64,000 bases of DNA from Zancudomyces culisetae HAW-14-8 (taxonomy: Eukaryota > Fungi > Kickxellomycota), in contig JBNJNM010000011.1 in assembly GCA_052426225.1 (NCBI GenBank), positions 5,175,358-5,239,357 of the forward strand, given 5' to 3'. Both the position numbers and the translations under genes were made by a program. Shown here in pieces: positions 51,601-63,917 of this stretch. Each line of letters begins with the position of its first letter. The first letter of the stretch is position 1. The notes beneath the pieces are model-generated. The model was not told the DNA's origin. It made no database searches and saw nothing but the letters and a program-made list of their open reading frames with translations.

Positions 51601-52576
51601 TCCAAGGAATATTCTGGCTCGGGGGTGGTGACTGGGGTATTTTTATGAAATGGCCGGGATCTGACGACTGGTTCTCTTGGCTCAATTTTCTTCAGAATTG
51701 CTTTGGGAAGTTCAGGTCTAAGTGGTACTTTTGGCACAGGGGTTACTGGACGACGGGGCTCAGGTAATTGCTTGACAACATGGTTATCTACTGGATTCTC
51801 AATAGCTGCGGGTTTGGGCAAACTTTGGGTTTCAGGTTCTGGAGTGACTGATTGGACTGGTGCAGGAACAGGAACAGGAAGAATCTCTTCAATTCTGGCG
51901 TATGGATTTGACGGAGCTGGGCTGGGGAGATCAGGAGACGGAGGCGGTGAAAATCTTTGATTTTCAGTGTTTGAATCGTCCAACTTGACCGATTCGAGCA
52001 ACTTGGCACTGTGTGGAAGCAGGGTAGTTGATAATCTATTCAACACCCTTTGGAGGATAGTTGAGTTTGTGGACGTATTCTGGCTAATATTTTGTTCTAC
52101 TGGATCTGGTTCATCAGGTGACTTGAACACGGCCTGGATGGAGTGGGTATCAACACAATATGTACTGCAAAATTCAGAGTCAAAGTGGATCTGGAGGTCT
52201 GGCCAAGTTATACTAGGATTGTGTTTGCGTAACCAGGGTAATCCAAAAATAATGTCAGCGTGATTGGTTGGAATCGGGATAAGGTCTAGGTGTTCAGAGT
52301 GGTTAGGACCGGACTTGATATGGGCATTATCAACCTTGACATTTATGCCTCCTGGGTATATCTGGTGACCATCAACACTTTCTAGGACGATGGTTTTTTC
52401 TGCTTCTTTGGTTGGGAGGTTTAGTTTTTCTAATAAATCTTGACGAATAAAGTTGGCTGAAGCACCGGAGTCCACTAATGCAACAAGTTCGTGTAGATTA
52501 TTTAAAACCACTTTAATATGAAATTTATTACTAGAAATATTAGAATTATTAGCTACGCTCAGGAGTAACTCCCGGA
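48654..52576 (-). CDS. pol: Pol polyprotein (protease, RT, RNase H, integrase, chromodomain), in the -1 frame relative to gag
   Basis: LVDSGAS, YLDD, TDASD, HDS..GH..CDTC, SDRGTQF, DGQTER and EYEVKAILDS..LVDWKGF..SWEP. The frame stays open upstream of 52511 into the end of gag. Confidence 0.95.
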
Positions 52577-53530
52577 CTACATCCGAGCACTGTCTTTTGG
52601 CACCCCAGGTATAGGGGGTCTTGGCCTGCGGAGCGGACAGTTACGGAGAATGTGGTTCGGCTGACCACAGTATAGACAAAGATTATTGGCTAATCTTCTC
52701 TGGCGTTCGGCTGTATCTAGCGGTGCTCTTGGACGGGAGGTGACGGCATCAACGTCCATTGGTTCAGGAGCCTGGTGATCTGGGACAGGCATGGCTGGAC
52801 GGGGGAAAACCGGTGGAGCCGGAGTACTCCAGTTGCGGAATGGGACGCTTCTCTTGGGCAGGTAGGCACTGCGGGCATTGATTCTGTTCTCAAGCTCAAT
52901 CACCTGATCAATGAGCTGGTCCAAGGTGTTTGGTAGCGGTTCAGTGGCAAGGCGCTGGACAAGGCTAGTATCCAATCCGATGTAAAACAGGTGGATTTTG
53001 GCTGGCTCGTTGAATCCACTGAGAGAGGCGAGGTTTCTGAACTCGGTTGCAAATTCCAGGACAGAACGCTGGGACTGGCGGCAACTATGAAGCTGGGTGA
53101 TAGCTCGGGCTTGGTGGCCAGGATCTGAGAATCTCTTTTGAAATTCATTCTCAAACCCTTTGAAATCTGAGAGCAACGGTGATTGGGTATCGATAAGGTT
53201 ATCGAACCACAGGGCAGCATGACCGGCAAGGTGAGAACTGATGAACCATATCTTGTTATGGTCACTCTGGAACACGTCTGGTCTGGCCCAGAACTGGCGC
53301 TTGATCTCGGCGGTGAAGGCTCGGAACCTTCCTGATTCTCCTGAGTATTTCTGGATTTCTGGTATTCTGATACCATCAATCCTTGGCTGCGGATTTGGTG
53401 CAGGCAAATTCTGCAACTGACTGGGGACTTGGGCGGGTGTCTGGGCTTGAGCCTGGGCTTGAGCTTGACTTTCTTGCAAAGCTTGTTGCATAGCTAATTT
53501 TGCGATCTCATCTAATTGGTGGACCATCAT
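52577..53530 (-). CDS. gag: Gag (PEG10/sushi-like capsid with CCHC zinc knuckle)
   Basis: LAGHAALWF, QSQRSVLEFATEF, PEPMDVD and CLYCGQPNHILRNC. First ATG at 53530. Confidence 0.93.
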   Translation of the reverse strand: MMVHQLDEIAKLAMQQALQESQAQAQAQAQTPAQVPSQLQNLPAPNPQPRIDGIRIPEIQKYSGESGRFRAFTAEIKRQFWARPDVFQSDHNKIWFISSHLAGHAALWFDNLIDTQSPLLSDFKGFENEFQKRFSDPGHQARAITQLHSCRQSQRSVLEFATEFRNLASLSGFNEPAKIHLFYIGLDTSLVQRLATEPLPNTLDQLIDQVIELENRINARSAYLPKRSVPFRNWSTPAPPVFPRPAMPVPDHQAPEPMDVDAVTSRPRAPLDTAERQRRLANNLCLYCGQPNHILRNCPLRRPRPPIPGVPKDSARM

Positions 53531-53552
53531 TAACTCTTCAACCAATAATTAG

Positions 53553-53563
53553 AAGTTTCCCAA
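53553..53563 (-). promoter_or_regulatory. Self-priming primer binding site (Tf1 type)
   Basis: Minus-strand TTGGGAAACTT just inside the 5' LTR is perfectly complementary to AAGTTTCCCAA in the LTR (53600-53590). Confidence 0.75.
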
Positions 53564-53565
53564 AA

Positions 53566-53686
53566 TGTCAGGAAACTAATTTATTTAAGTTGGGAAACTT
53601 AATGTTCCCAAGTTAGGATTCAAAGGTAATTAAATATGATTAAAAATAAATATTAAAACTTATGGGTAAATAATGCGATTCTGACA
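53566..53686 (-). repeat. 5' LTR
   Basis: Identical to 48093-48213. Confidence 0.95.
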
Positions 53687-53691
53687 TAAAC

Positions 53692-56301
53692 TTTGCATTG
53701 TCATAATATCAGTTTAGTACACCAGATATAACTGCTTTTTTAGTAGAAATGCTGTGTTTAGAAAAAAATGGTATTTATCCGTATCGATTAAGAGGTTTTT
53801 GATACGTTTTGAAACTGATTTGAATTTCAGTATTTAAGTAAACAGTTTTATCAAGGAAGTCTACAGTATCTGCTGAATTAATAGCGAGAGTCATATTTAT
53901 TCCAGGGATGCTGTTGTTGGCGGTGTGTATAAGTTTGGATAAATTGTCTTTGTGAGTTACTGTTAGGAATGGCCAATTCCCGGTAATAATTATAGTTACA
54001 TTTTGGCATATGTAAAATTTAATCTAATATATTATTTCATTTCCGGCCTTCGAAAATATCATCCGACATTGAAATCATGATAGCAAAATACACCATCAAA
54101 TATCAGAATTTATTTATAGAAAATTTACAAAATAAATTCAAGAAATTTTACAATGATTAAACTTACATTAAAGCATGAAAAACGGGATAGTCAAAATCCC
54201 TAGCTAATTGGAATAACAAAATCCATGATTTAATTGATAAATATAATCTATGTCAAAATCAATAAATAAAATCAATGTTAAAATCGATAAACAAAATCAA
54301 TGTAAAAAATAATTCTAAATCAATGCACAATTTATAATTATATTAATTTAAAATTTTTACAAATTCAATGTTATTTCGATAAACTAAATCCATGTTAAAA
54401 TCAAAAAATGAAAATGGCAAGTTTAAAGATAAGTAGATACCTAATATAATTAGATCATACATAATCAAATTTTTCTTGCTATTTTATATTGTCTTTAAGT
54501 TTATCTTGATAGTAAAATATTCTGATAAAAAATTATGAAACCATTCAAATTTCCGTTGGGATTCATCAGAGAAATATATAAATTTATTAACTCATCTAAA
54601 TATAAATTTTTCTAAATACCTGCTTCTTCTAATAAATACATTATAAGAATAACAAATCCATAGTCACTTTTATAAGCAGCTCGTAGTTTTTAACAGTTTT
54701 TTAGAATATATAGTTAATTTAACTGAATTAATGAAGGCAAAATTTTTTAAAATTTTATAATAGGTTGAAGGTTAAGTATAGCCCATAGGTCTGTTGCATT
54801 AATCTCATTTCGATACCTAATATTTATTTAAATACAGTTTTATTATACATAATATAGTTGGATTCACTAATAGTAATGTGCATCATTTAGTTATTGAGAT
54901 TTGGTCAATTTAGAATAGTACTGACAAAGTTTTGATTCTAATATATGAATTAAATATCAACATCGAGTGATCCTATTAAGTAGTTTTTGGAATAACTTTG
55001 TTTGCAAGTTGTTTACTCTATTCTAAGAATTTCTTAGCTTACTGGGTTTTCTTATTCAATTAATCTATTGATATTGTTTTATATAACTTCGTTGTTAGCC
55101 AATTGGTAGCAGATGTAATTGGTCGAAATTCAATTATCTTTAATGGTTTTAATAATATGTAGAAATTCTGTAATTAAATATTATTGTCTTTATGTTGTAG
55201 ACTTGTTTGCTTTTTGAATAATATATTGTAGAGTAGTAGTTAATTAGATTATTAGATGTAAAATTAAATACTTGATCATTGATGTCATTTGAGATATCAC
55301 GAATTTGTCATTAATGTTAGTGTTTTTAATATTTTCAATACTTGTTTGTGATAATCTAGTGTATCCATGATTACTGGGCCTATGTGAATATTGAATTCAT
55401 TATGTTAATACTTCCGTCATGGTTGATATCATTGATAACTTTTGGTATAAAGATTTAGATTTCTCTGTGAGTTTAGGAGTGATAGCATATAATAATTTTT
55501 ACTGAAGCATTTCAGTATAATTTCTTTTAATTTGTCATCAACGTTGTTTGAATAATATAACTTTTGGTAAAAAGAAGAGTGGTATTATAAAAAGAAAGGT
55601 CAACGTTATGTACTACATTGTTGAGTAATTGAGGTATGTGTTTAATTCAATTGTTTAATATAAGCTGTTTACTATCAGATTTGGAAGTCATGTTGTGAAC
55701 AAAAGTAAATATAGCTGAATAATTTTTAGTTGACTTTGTTGTATTTTTGGTAAAATTACTTAGTAATTGTTGATGGTATTGATGTCTGAAGTGAAAACGG
55801 TATTTTACTTTCTTTTTGAAAATTGTGTTGTGGTTTCTTCTTTGGCGCCATGTAAACTTTTGTATAGATTTGTGTTGTTAATTACTCTTTATTTATTGTT
55901 AATTGAATGTCTTTTGTTGGATTTGTAGTTTTTTTCTTTCCTAGATTGTTTTTTCTACTGTAGTATATTAGTGATATTTTGGTTTTGTTGGTTGATGGTT
56001 TCGACGCAATTTGTTGCCATAATATACATATCTTTGTCCTTTTAAACTATCTTGTGTATCTACGGTCAACAAGTTTTGTTCTAGTTCTTGTTTCTTTATA
56101 GTTTATTAGCATCAACAATTTATTGATTTTTTAGTTTTCTTGAGTTGAAATTAATTTTAAAAATTTGAAGTTAAATATAAAAGATATTGAGGAGGTCAGC
56201 TTCAAATTTTGTAATTGTATCAGCAAGTGAAGTAATAAAAGCAATGATTTTAAATCTAAAGTGAAGTTTGTATAGAGTTCTTTACTTTTAATGTTTATCA
56301 G
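53692..56301 (-). mobile_element. Penelope-like element, decayed RT core and upstream region, with an AT-rich insert at about 53975-54420
   Basis: Degenerate motifs in order: FYILLK, EFRPITSATNWLT, NYIMYNKTVFK*ILGIEM, YLDE, VDFLDKTVY and FKTYQKPLNRYG*IPFFSKH..TKKAVISG. Confidence 0.7.
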
Positions 56302-59300
56302 TGTCATGAACTTGTATATTTTAGTGTAATTTGGTGATTATTAAGTGCTACTATAAAATATATTAATTGTTGACAATTGTTGTAAGATAAGTTTTTCTGA
56401 AGGAATAAAGAATGCTATTTAAACTTTTTGTTTGTAATCTATAAATTTAATATTAAAAACTAAAATGTTGCATAAATAGCAAGTAGTTAAAATTAATGAA
56501 CTATTGAAAGTAAAATTGTGTTTTGTGCTAGTTTCAATATTAAACATCTTTAAAATATATTGCTGATTCATCCAAATCATGTTTGATAATGTTTGTTGAT
56601 TTAAATTAAAACTGTTTAATATTAGTTTATGATAGTATTCCCTCTCTTAGTGTCGATCTCTGAGCGACATAGGTTTATTCATGTTTTCATTATGTTACTT
56701 TTCCACAAGTTCTTTTGTATTTGTTAGATGTTCGGCTGGTTCACAAGTTCTTTTGCTTGCGTCGTACCCTTTCCAGTCCACTAGATATTGTAGTTTATTA
56801 TATTTAATACGACTGTCTAATATTTGTTCGACTTTGTATTCTGATATTCCATCAACTAGTACCGGTAATGAAGCTTCCTGAATTCGGCCTTCAATAGTGT
56901 TGTTAGTTACTGGCTCTAGAAGGGAAACGTGAAAGACAGGATGTACTTTCATAGTCGTAGGAAGTTGAAGTTCGTATGCTACTTTGCTTAATTTTATAAC
57001 TATTGTGAATGGACCTAATTTAGTATAATCTAGTTTGTTATTTGGGCTGTTAGTTTTAATTATTTTCTATTTAACCACACTTTTGATCCTATATTATACT
57101 CGGGTTCTGCTTGTGTGTTTTTATCAAATGCTTTAGCATATCTTTCATTTACATTTTTAATATTTTTTATATGTTCCTTGTAAATTTGTGACATTTTCTG
57201 AGTTAAATCTGTGATTATGGGCGAGATACTGGGTGAAGTCAAAATATTTGATGGAAATATTGAAGGATGATATCCAGTATTAGCGTAGAATAGTGAAAAT
57301 TTTGTAGTTGAGTGTTGTGAGTTATTTTATGCAAATTCTGCGAGTGCTAATAAATCATGCCCGTATGTTTGGTTGTAGTTACAATAAAACTGATATACTG
57401 TTCTAAAACTTGGTTTACTCGTTCCGTTTGACCATCCGTTTGTGGATGGTATGCTGTTGACATATTTGATTTTTTATTTAATACTTTATTAATAGTATTC
57501 CAAAATTTATAAGTGAAGATAGAACCTCTATCAGAGACGATATCTTTTGGCAGTCCGTGAAGTTTAAATATGTTATTGATAAATAGTTTTGCTGTTTGTT
57601 GTGCGTTGATATTGTTATTTGTTGGAATAAAATGCGCCATTTTTGTTAGTCTATCTACAATAACCAATACTGAATCGTAAGTTTGTGACAATGGTATCCC
57701 AACAATAAAATCCATAGAAATTGATTCCCACGGTTTATCTGGAATCTGTAAAGGTTGTAGTTGACCATATGGTTTGAGTCTTATCGGTTTACATCTGCAA
57801 CATTGATCGCATGAGTTAATATAATTTTTAATCATTTTTCTCATTTATGGCCAATAATAGTATCTTGAAATCAGTTCAAAGGTTTTAGAATGTCCGAAGT
57901 GTCCAGCAATAAGCGAATCGTGAAATTGGTTGAGTAGTAGTAGTTTGATTTCAATGTTATCTGGAATGTATGTTTTACCTTTAAAAGTAAGTATTTCATT
58001 GTCGTATTTATAATCCTTTATGTTTGGATATTCAGAGTTAGTTGAATTGTTAATATGTTGCAATCTAGAAATAATGAATTAGCTTTAATATCTTTTTTGT
58101 AGCTACTATTTAATATAGTTTTATCAAATTTATTAGCAACCATTGGTTCTACTGCTGCAATTATCAATTGTTCTGGCTTTAGCAAAGTTTTATTAGTACG
58201 TAGATCTTCATCCCCCTCCTTAGGAAAATGATCCGGGCGTCTGGACAAAGCATCGGGTTTTCCGTTAGATGAACCAGTTGCGTATTTAATAATGAAATTA
58301 TAATTATCTAATAATTCTGCCCATCGTGCTTTACGCCTATACAAAGTTTTAGTGGTACTAAAATATTCTAAAATTTTATGGTCAGTTAAAACCGTAATTT
58401 GATGTAATGCTTCATCGAGGTATGATCTCCATACTTTAAAAGCCTCAATTATGGCTAACATTTCTTTATCGTAAATTTTGTAGTTGATTTCAGCAGGTTG
58501 TAACTTTCTGGAATAATATGCTATAGGATGTAAACTGTTATTATCGTTGCGTTGTGATATAACTCCTTTAATTGCGAAGTCTGATGTATCAGATTCGATA
58601 GTAATTGATTTAATCGGTTCAAAATATTTTAAAATAGGTGCAGTTGTAAATGTTTTTTTAATTGATCGCAAGAGTTTTGTGCTTCAGTGTCCAGTTCCAT
58701 TTTTCATTATTTCGTAACAATTTTGTTATAGGTGTCACAATCTTTGAATAATTCAATATAAATTTTCTATTTAAATTTGCAAAACCAAGGAACGTTTGAA
58801 TTACTATTATTGAGGTTGGTGCAGGCCATGCACTTACAGCTATTGTCTTTATTATATCCATACTTACCCCTTTATCGGAAACAATATATCCCAAAAATTC
58901 GACTTCTGTTTTGTGAATTCGTCATTTTTCCAGTTTAGCATATAGTGAATTATTTCGGAGTCTTCTTAATAGCTCTTTTACATGCTTAATATAGTATTCT
59001 AATTGTACTATATACCAGTATATCATATAAATATACTACTGCAAATCTATCTAAGCAGTCAGTTAATACATCATTCATGAAATATTAAACGATGCTGGAG
59101 CATTGCAGAGTCCGAATGGCATATCTCTATATTCATAGTGACCGTATCTCGTACGAAATGCATTATTCCATTCTTCTCCCTTAGCTATTCTTATTAAATT
59201 ATTAGCGCCTCTACAATCGATTTTAGTTAATATTTTCGCTTGACTGAATCTGTCGAGTAACACTCCAATTAAAGGTAAGAGATACCTGTTCTTAATTGTC

Positions 59301-62223
59301 AAATTATTTAATCCTCTATAATCAACGCATAATCTTAAAGATCCAATTTTCTTTTTTACAAAAAGTATAGGAGAGCCAGCAGGAGATGATGAAGAATGAA
59401 TAAAACCTTTATCTAAATTTTCTTTCAAATATTCACAAAGTGCTGCGAGTTCTGTTTCAGATAGTGATTAAATTGGTCCAAATGGTGGTTGTGAGCCTGG
59501 TGTTAACGAAATATTATGATCCTATGTACGATGAGGTGGTAAATTATTAGTTGCATATTCATCGAATACATCTTAAAATTCAGAATATTCCGATGGTATA
59601 GGAGTTATTTCTGAATTTTCTGGAATTAATGTGCAAGTTATTGTGTGTGTAGAACATAGGTTTTGTTGTTTACTACAATTATTTTGGCAATATTCAGATA
59701 TGAAATACAACTAATCTAATTTCCACTCTATGTGTGGATTATGGGTTCTCAGCCAGTTTATTCCAATAATTACAGGGTATTTTCCCAATTTGGTTACATC
59801 AAACGATATAGTTTCGTGATAATTTTAGGTGTTAAGTTGAAGTGGTATTTTATTGTGTGTTATGGAGCCTGACGAAATTAATCTTCCGTAATTACTAATA
59901 GAGGAAATGGTAATTTTTTTATAACTAATAGAATGTTATTAGTCTTGGCAAAAGTAGAATCAATGAAGCAATTAGTTGCACCCGAATCAATCATGGCAAC
60001 GGTTTTTATCGGGTATTGTTTACCCGAAGGGTTACTCATACTTTAAGGTAAGAGTTAACTTTATTTGTTGACATATTTAAATGTTCCAGGTCAAGATTCT
60101 TATTGATTGTGGAATTAATTTTTAAGTTGCAGTCAGGTATAGATACAGGCTTGAGTTCAGGCTTAAGTTCAGGTTATGAGTAAAGTACGGGTTTAGTTTT
60201 AAAAATAAGTTCAGATTTGGTTTGAGGTTTAAGTTCAGGTTTGACTTCAGATTTGGTTTCAGGTTTATTTTCAGAGTTATAGTTGGATTAGTAGAATGTA
60301 TCTTTTACATTTAATTCAGATGTTAGATTGGTTATTTCAGTAGATTTATTTTATTGTTAAATTGTAAAAGTAGATTTACTTCAGCTTGATATAAACTTCC
60401 GGATGTTTCATTAGCGGCAATAATTAAAAGGTATATATTTTTGGTTGAAGTGAACGGTTTAGGATAATTAGATACGCTCAAGACTACGTCCGAAAATTGT
60501 CTTGAGCTTAATTGTTTTCCTTAATAATACTTGCTGATATAGTATTTGGTACCATTATTTGCGGGCGACGAGGACAAGATGAAATGACATGATCAGGATT
60601 ACCACAGTATAGACAAACATTAAGGTCGCGGCGGCGTTGTTTTTCAGTCTGAGTGAGTGGTGGGCGACGAGATGAATTTCCGTCAATTTCCATTTGTTGC
60701 ACCCGAGGCTGTGTTATTACTATTAAATGTTTCTTGATGGTGTAGAGTTATCCAAATTTTAGAGTGTGCATTGGGCGAGGGCGAAACGATTTTTCAAGGT
60801 TTTTTCAAATAGTCTGTTGTCAATTTTTATGGCGAGGTCAATAAATTCTGAAAAGTTGTCTGGTCTATCGAAACGGGCTAATAAATCCATAATGTCTTTT
60901 TTAAGTCTTTCATCAAATAGGCTACAGTGTGCTGCGACATTCTAGGACATAAGTGTGGAAATACGACAAAATTCTGTAGCATAGGTGGCTGCGGATCCCA
61001 ACTGGCGAAGTTTTCTGATTTGACGTTCAGCTGTCAAAGATTGGTGTGGATTTCCGAAAACACGATGAAGTTCGTTTATGAAAATGTCAAAATTTTTTAG
61101 GATTGGTTCATAATCATTAGATTCTAGAAATGGTTGTAGCCACGATTAAGCAGGACCACAAAGGAAAGTAGAAGCAAAAATGACTTTATGAGTATCTGTT
61201 GAAAATCTTGAGGGTTGAGCTTGTATGACTAGTTGGACTTGTGCTACAAAGTTTCTTGGTTGGTCTCTATCGCCACTAAAGTATTCAGGATCTGCTACTC
61301 TTGGTTCACTAGCCACTGGTAACACGTTTGCTTGATTATTTCTTAACATATTTAAGCGGAGCTGAAGATGTCTAGTTGGGTTGCTGTCATGATCCATTCA
61401 TGACATTATTGCTATTTTTAATATGTTATAAAAAATAGCAAATGTAAATTTAACATCGTTTTCTCCGCTTTAATTCTTACTCCATAAATATTAATTATGG
61501 AGTAAGAATCAATAATTTTTAATAATTTGGTATTACCCCATATAATAAAATGTTAACTGTGGAGTTGACAATATATATAATTTTGTTTCAAGTTATAGTT
61601 TAAGTATAGTTTTTATTATGTTTTACAATTAATTTTGTATATTGTAAAACAATTTAAAGACAATGATTTCTTGCTTTAGGAAACTTTAGCAATAAAATAC
61701 TTTTCATCTCATAATATTTTATTAAATAAATCATATCATAGTTAATACAAATAGTACTTAGTGACGAGTTGTGACAGTTGCCATCATATGTAATTCATTA
61801 AAATGACTTACAGTCATTGTTACTAGTGCATCATGGTCTTCGTAATTATTCTCTAACATGATAGTAGTAGTTATTATATATGGATCTGACAAACTGTCAT
61901 GAACTTGTTTATTTTGGTGTAATTTGGTGATTAATAAGTACTACTATAATTATATTTATTGTTGACACTTGTTGTCTGATAAGTTTTTCTGAAGTAAATA
62001 TATGCTAGTATAAGTTTTTGTTTGTAATATTAAAATTTAAAATAAAAACTAAAATGTTGCATAAATAGAAAGTAGTTAAAATTAATGAACTATTTAAAGA
62101 AAAGTTGTGTTTTGTGCTAGTTTCAATATTAAACATGTTTAAAATCATATTTCTGATTCATCCAAATCATGTTTGATATTGTTTGTTGATTTAATTATAA
62201 CTTATTAATATTAGTTTATGACA
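56302..62223 (-). mobile_element. Decayed Ty3/gypsy chromovirus LTR retrotransposon
   Basis: Diverged ~330-bp LTRs (56302-56634 and 61895-62223), 5-bp TSD ATCAG, PPT AAGAGAGGGAA. Fragmented gag (60508-61397, CLYCGNPDHVISSC) and pol (about 56695-60040: [15 protein letters not shown], RNase H, integrase, chromodomain). Confidence 0.93.
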
Positions 62224-62468
62224 ATCAGTTGGATTTTTTTATTGGTGGCTTTTTATATTATCGTAAAACAGTGAGCTATAATGATAATAGCTATCTTTTG
62301 AGTTACTGGAGAGTTACTGTTTATAACTGCAATGAATTTAAGCGTGTTAGGATTTAACATATTATTTTCAAGTTCAGCTTCTTTAGTAGAGTTTCTCATT
62401 CAGGTTGATAACTTTGCAGTCAAAGAAGCGATTATGTTAGCAGTTTTCATGAAGATTCGATTGATTTC

Positions 62469-63876
62469 GGGATAGGGAACGGGATAGAGATAGGAAACGG
62501 GAACGGGATATGAATATGGAACGGGATAGGGATAGGGATAGGGATAGGGATAGGGATAGGGATAGGGATAGGGATAGGGTTAGGGATAGGGATAGGGATA
62601 GGGATAGGGATAGGGATAGGGATAGGGATAGGGTTAGGGTTAGGGTTAGGGTTAGGGTTAGGGTTAGGGTTAGGGTTAGGGTTAGGGTTAGGGTTAGGGT
62701 TAGGGTTAGGGTTAGGGTTAGGGTTAGGGTTAGGGTTAGGGTTAGGGTTAGGGTTAGGGTTAGGGTTAGGGTTAGGGTTAGGGTTAGGGTTAGGGTTAGG
62801 GTTAGGGTTAGGGTTAGGGTTAGGGTTAGGGTTAGGGTTAGGGTTAGGGTTAGGGTTAGGGTTAGGGTTAGGGTTAGGGTTAGGGTTAGGGTTAGGGTTA
62901 GGGTTAGGGTTAGGGTTAGGGTTAGGGTTAGGGTTAGGGTTAGGGTTAGGGTTAGGGTTAGGGTTAGGGTTAGGGTTAGGGTTAGGGTTAGGGTTAGGGT
63001 TAGGGTTAGGGTTAGGGTTAGGGTTAGGGTTAGGGTTAGGGTTAGGGTTAGGGTTAGGGTTAGGGTTAGGGTTAGGGTTAGGGTTAGGGTTAGGGTTAGG
63101 GTTAGGGTTAGGGTTAGGGTTAGGGTTAGGGTTAGGGTTAGGGTTAGGGTTAGGGTTAGGGTTAGGGTTAGGGTTAGGGTTAGGGTTAGGGTTAGGGTTA
63201 GGGTTAGGGTTAGGGTTAGGGTTAGGGTTAGGGTTAGGGTTAGGGTTAGGGTTAGGGTTAGGGTTAGGGTTAGGGTTAGGGTTAGGGTTAGGGTTAGGGT
63301 TAGGGTTAGGGTTAGGGTTAGGGTTAGGGTTAGGGTTAGGGTTAGGGTTAGGGTTAGGGTTAGGGTTAGGGTTAGGGTTAGGGTTAGGGTTAGGGTTAGG
63401 GTTAGGGTTAGGGTTAGGGTTAGGGTTAGGGTTAGGGTTAGGGTTAGGGTTAGGGTTAGGGTTAGGGTTAGGGTTAGGGTTAGGGTTAGGGTTAGGGTTA
63501 GGGTTAGGGTTAGGGTTAGGGTTAGGGTTAGGGTTAGGGTTAGGGTTAGGGTTAGGGTTAGGGTTAGGGTTAGGGTTAGGGTTAGGGTTAGGGTTAGGGT
63601 TAGGGTTAGGGTTAGGGTTAGGGTTAGGGTTAGGGTTAGGGTTAGGGTTAGGGTTAGGGTTAGGGTTAGGGTTAGGGTTAGGGTTAGGGTTAGGGTTAGG
63701 GTTAGGGTTAGGGTTAGGGTTAGGGTTAGGGTTAGGGTTAGGGTTAGGGTTAGGGTTAGGGTTAGGGTTAGGGTTAGGGGTTAGGGTTAGGGTTAGGGTA
63801 GGGTTAGGGTTAGGGTTAGGGTTAGGGTTAGGGTTAGGGTTTGGGTTAGGGTTAGGGTTAGGGGTTAGGGTTAGGG

Positions 63877-63917
<41 letters not shown>

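Larger units (their letters stand above)
48093..53686 (-). mobile_element. Intact Ty3/gypsy chromovirus LTR retrotransposon (recent insertion)
   Basis: Identical 121-bp LTRs (48093-48213 and 53566-53686, TGTCAG..CTGACA), 5-bp TSD TAAAC, PPT GAAGGGGGGATAA next to the 3' LTR, intact gag and pol. Confidence 0.97.

Noticed and set aside
48709-52263. Short + strand ORFs over pol, and similar ones over DIRS, the LPMO and the P450
   Set aside because: Shadow ORFs of real coding sequence.
54520-54580. Minus-strand CTGATGA...GAAA hammerhead-like string
   Set aside because: It lies inside the decayed RT coding region and I could not build stems I and II around it.
62510-63784. 424-aa RD/RV repeat ORF
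   Set aside because: It is the translation of telomeric hexamers, not a gene.
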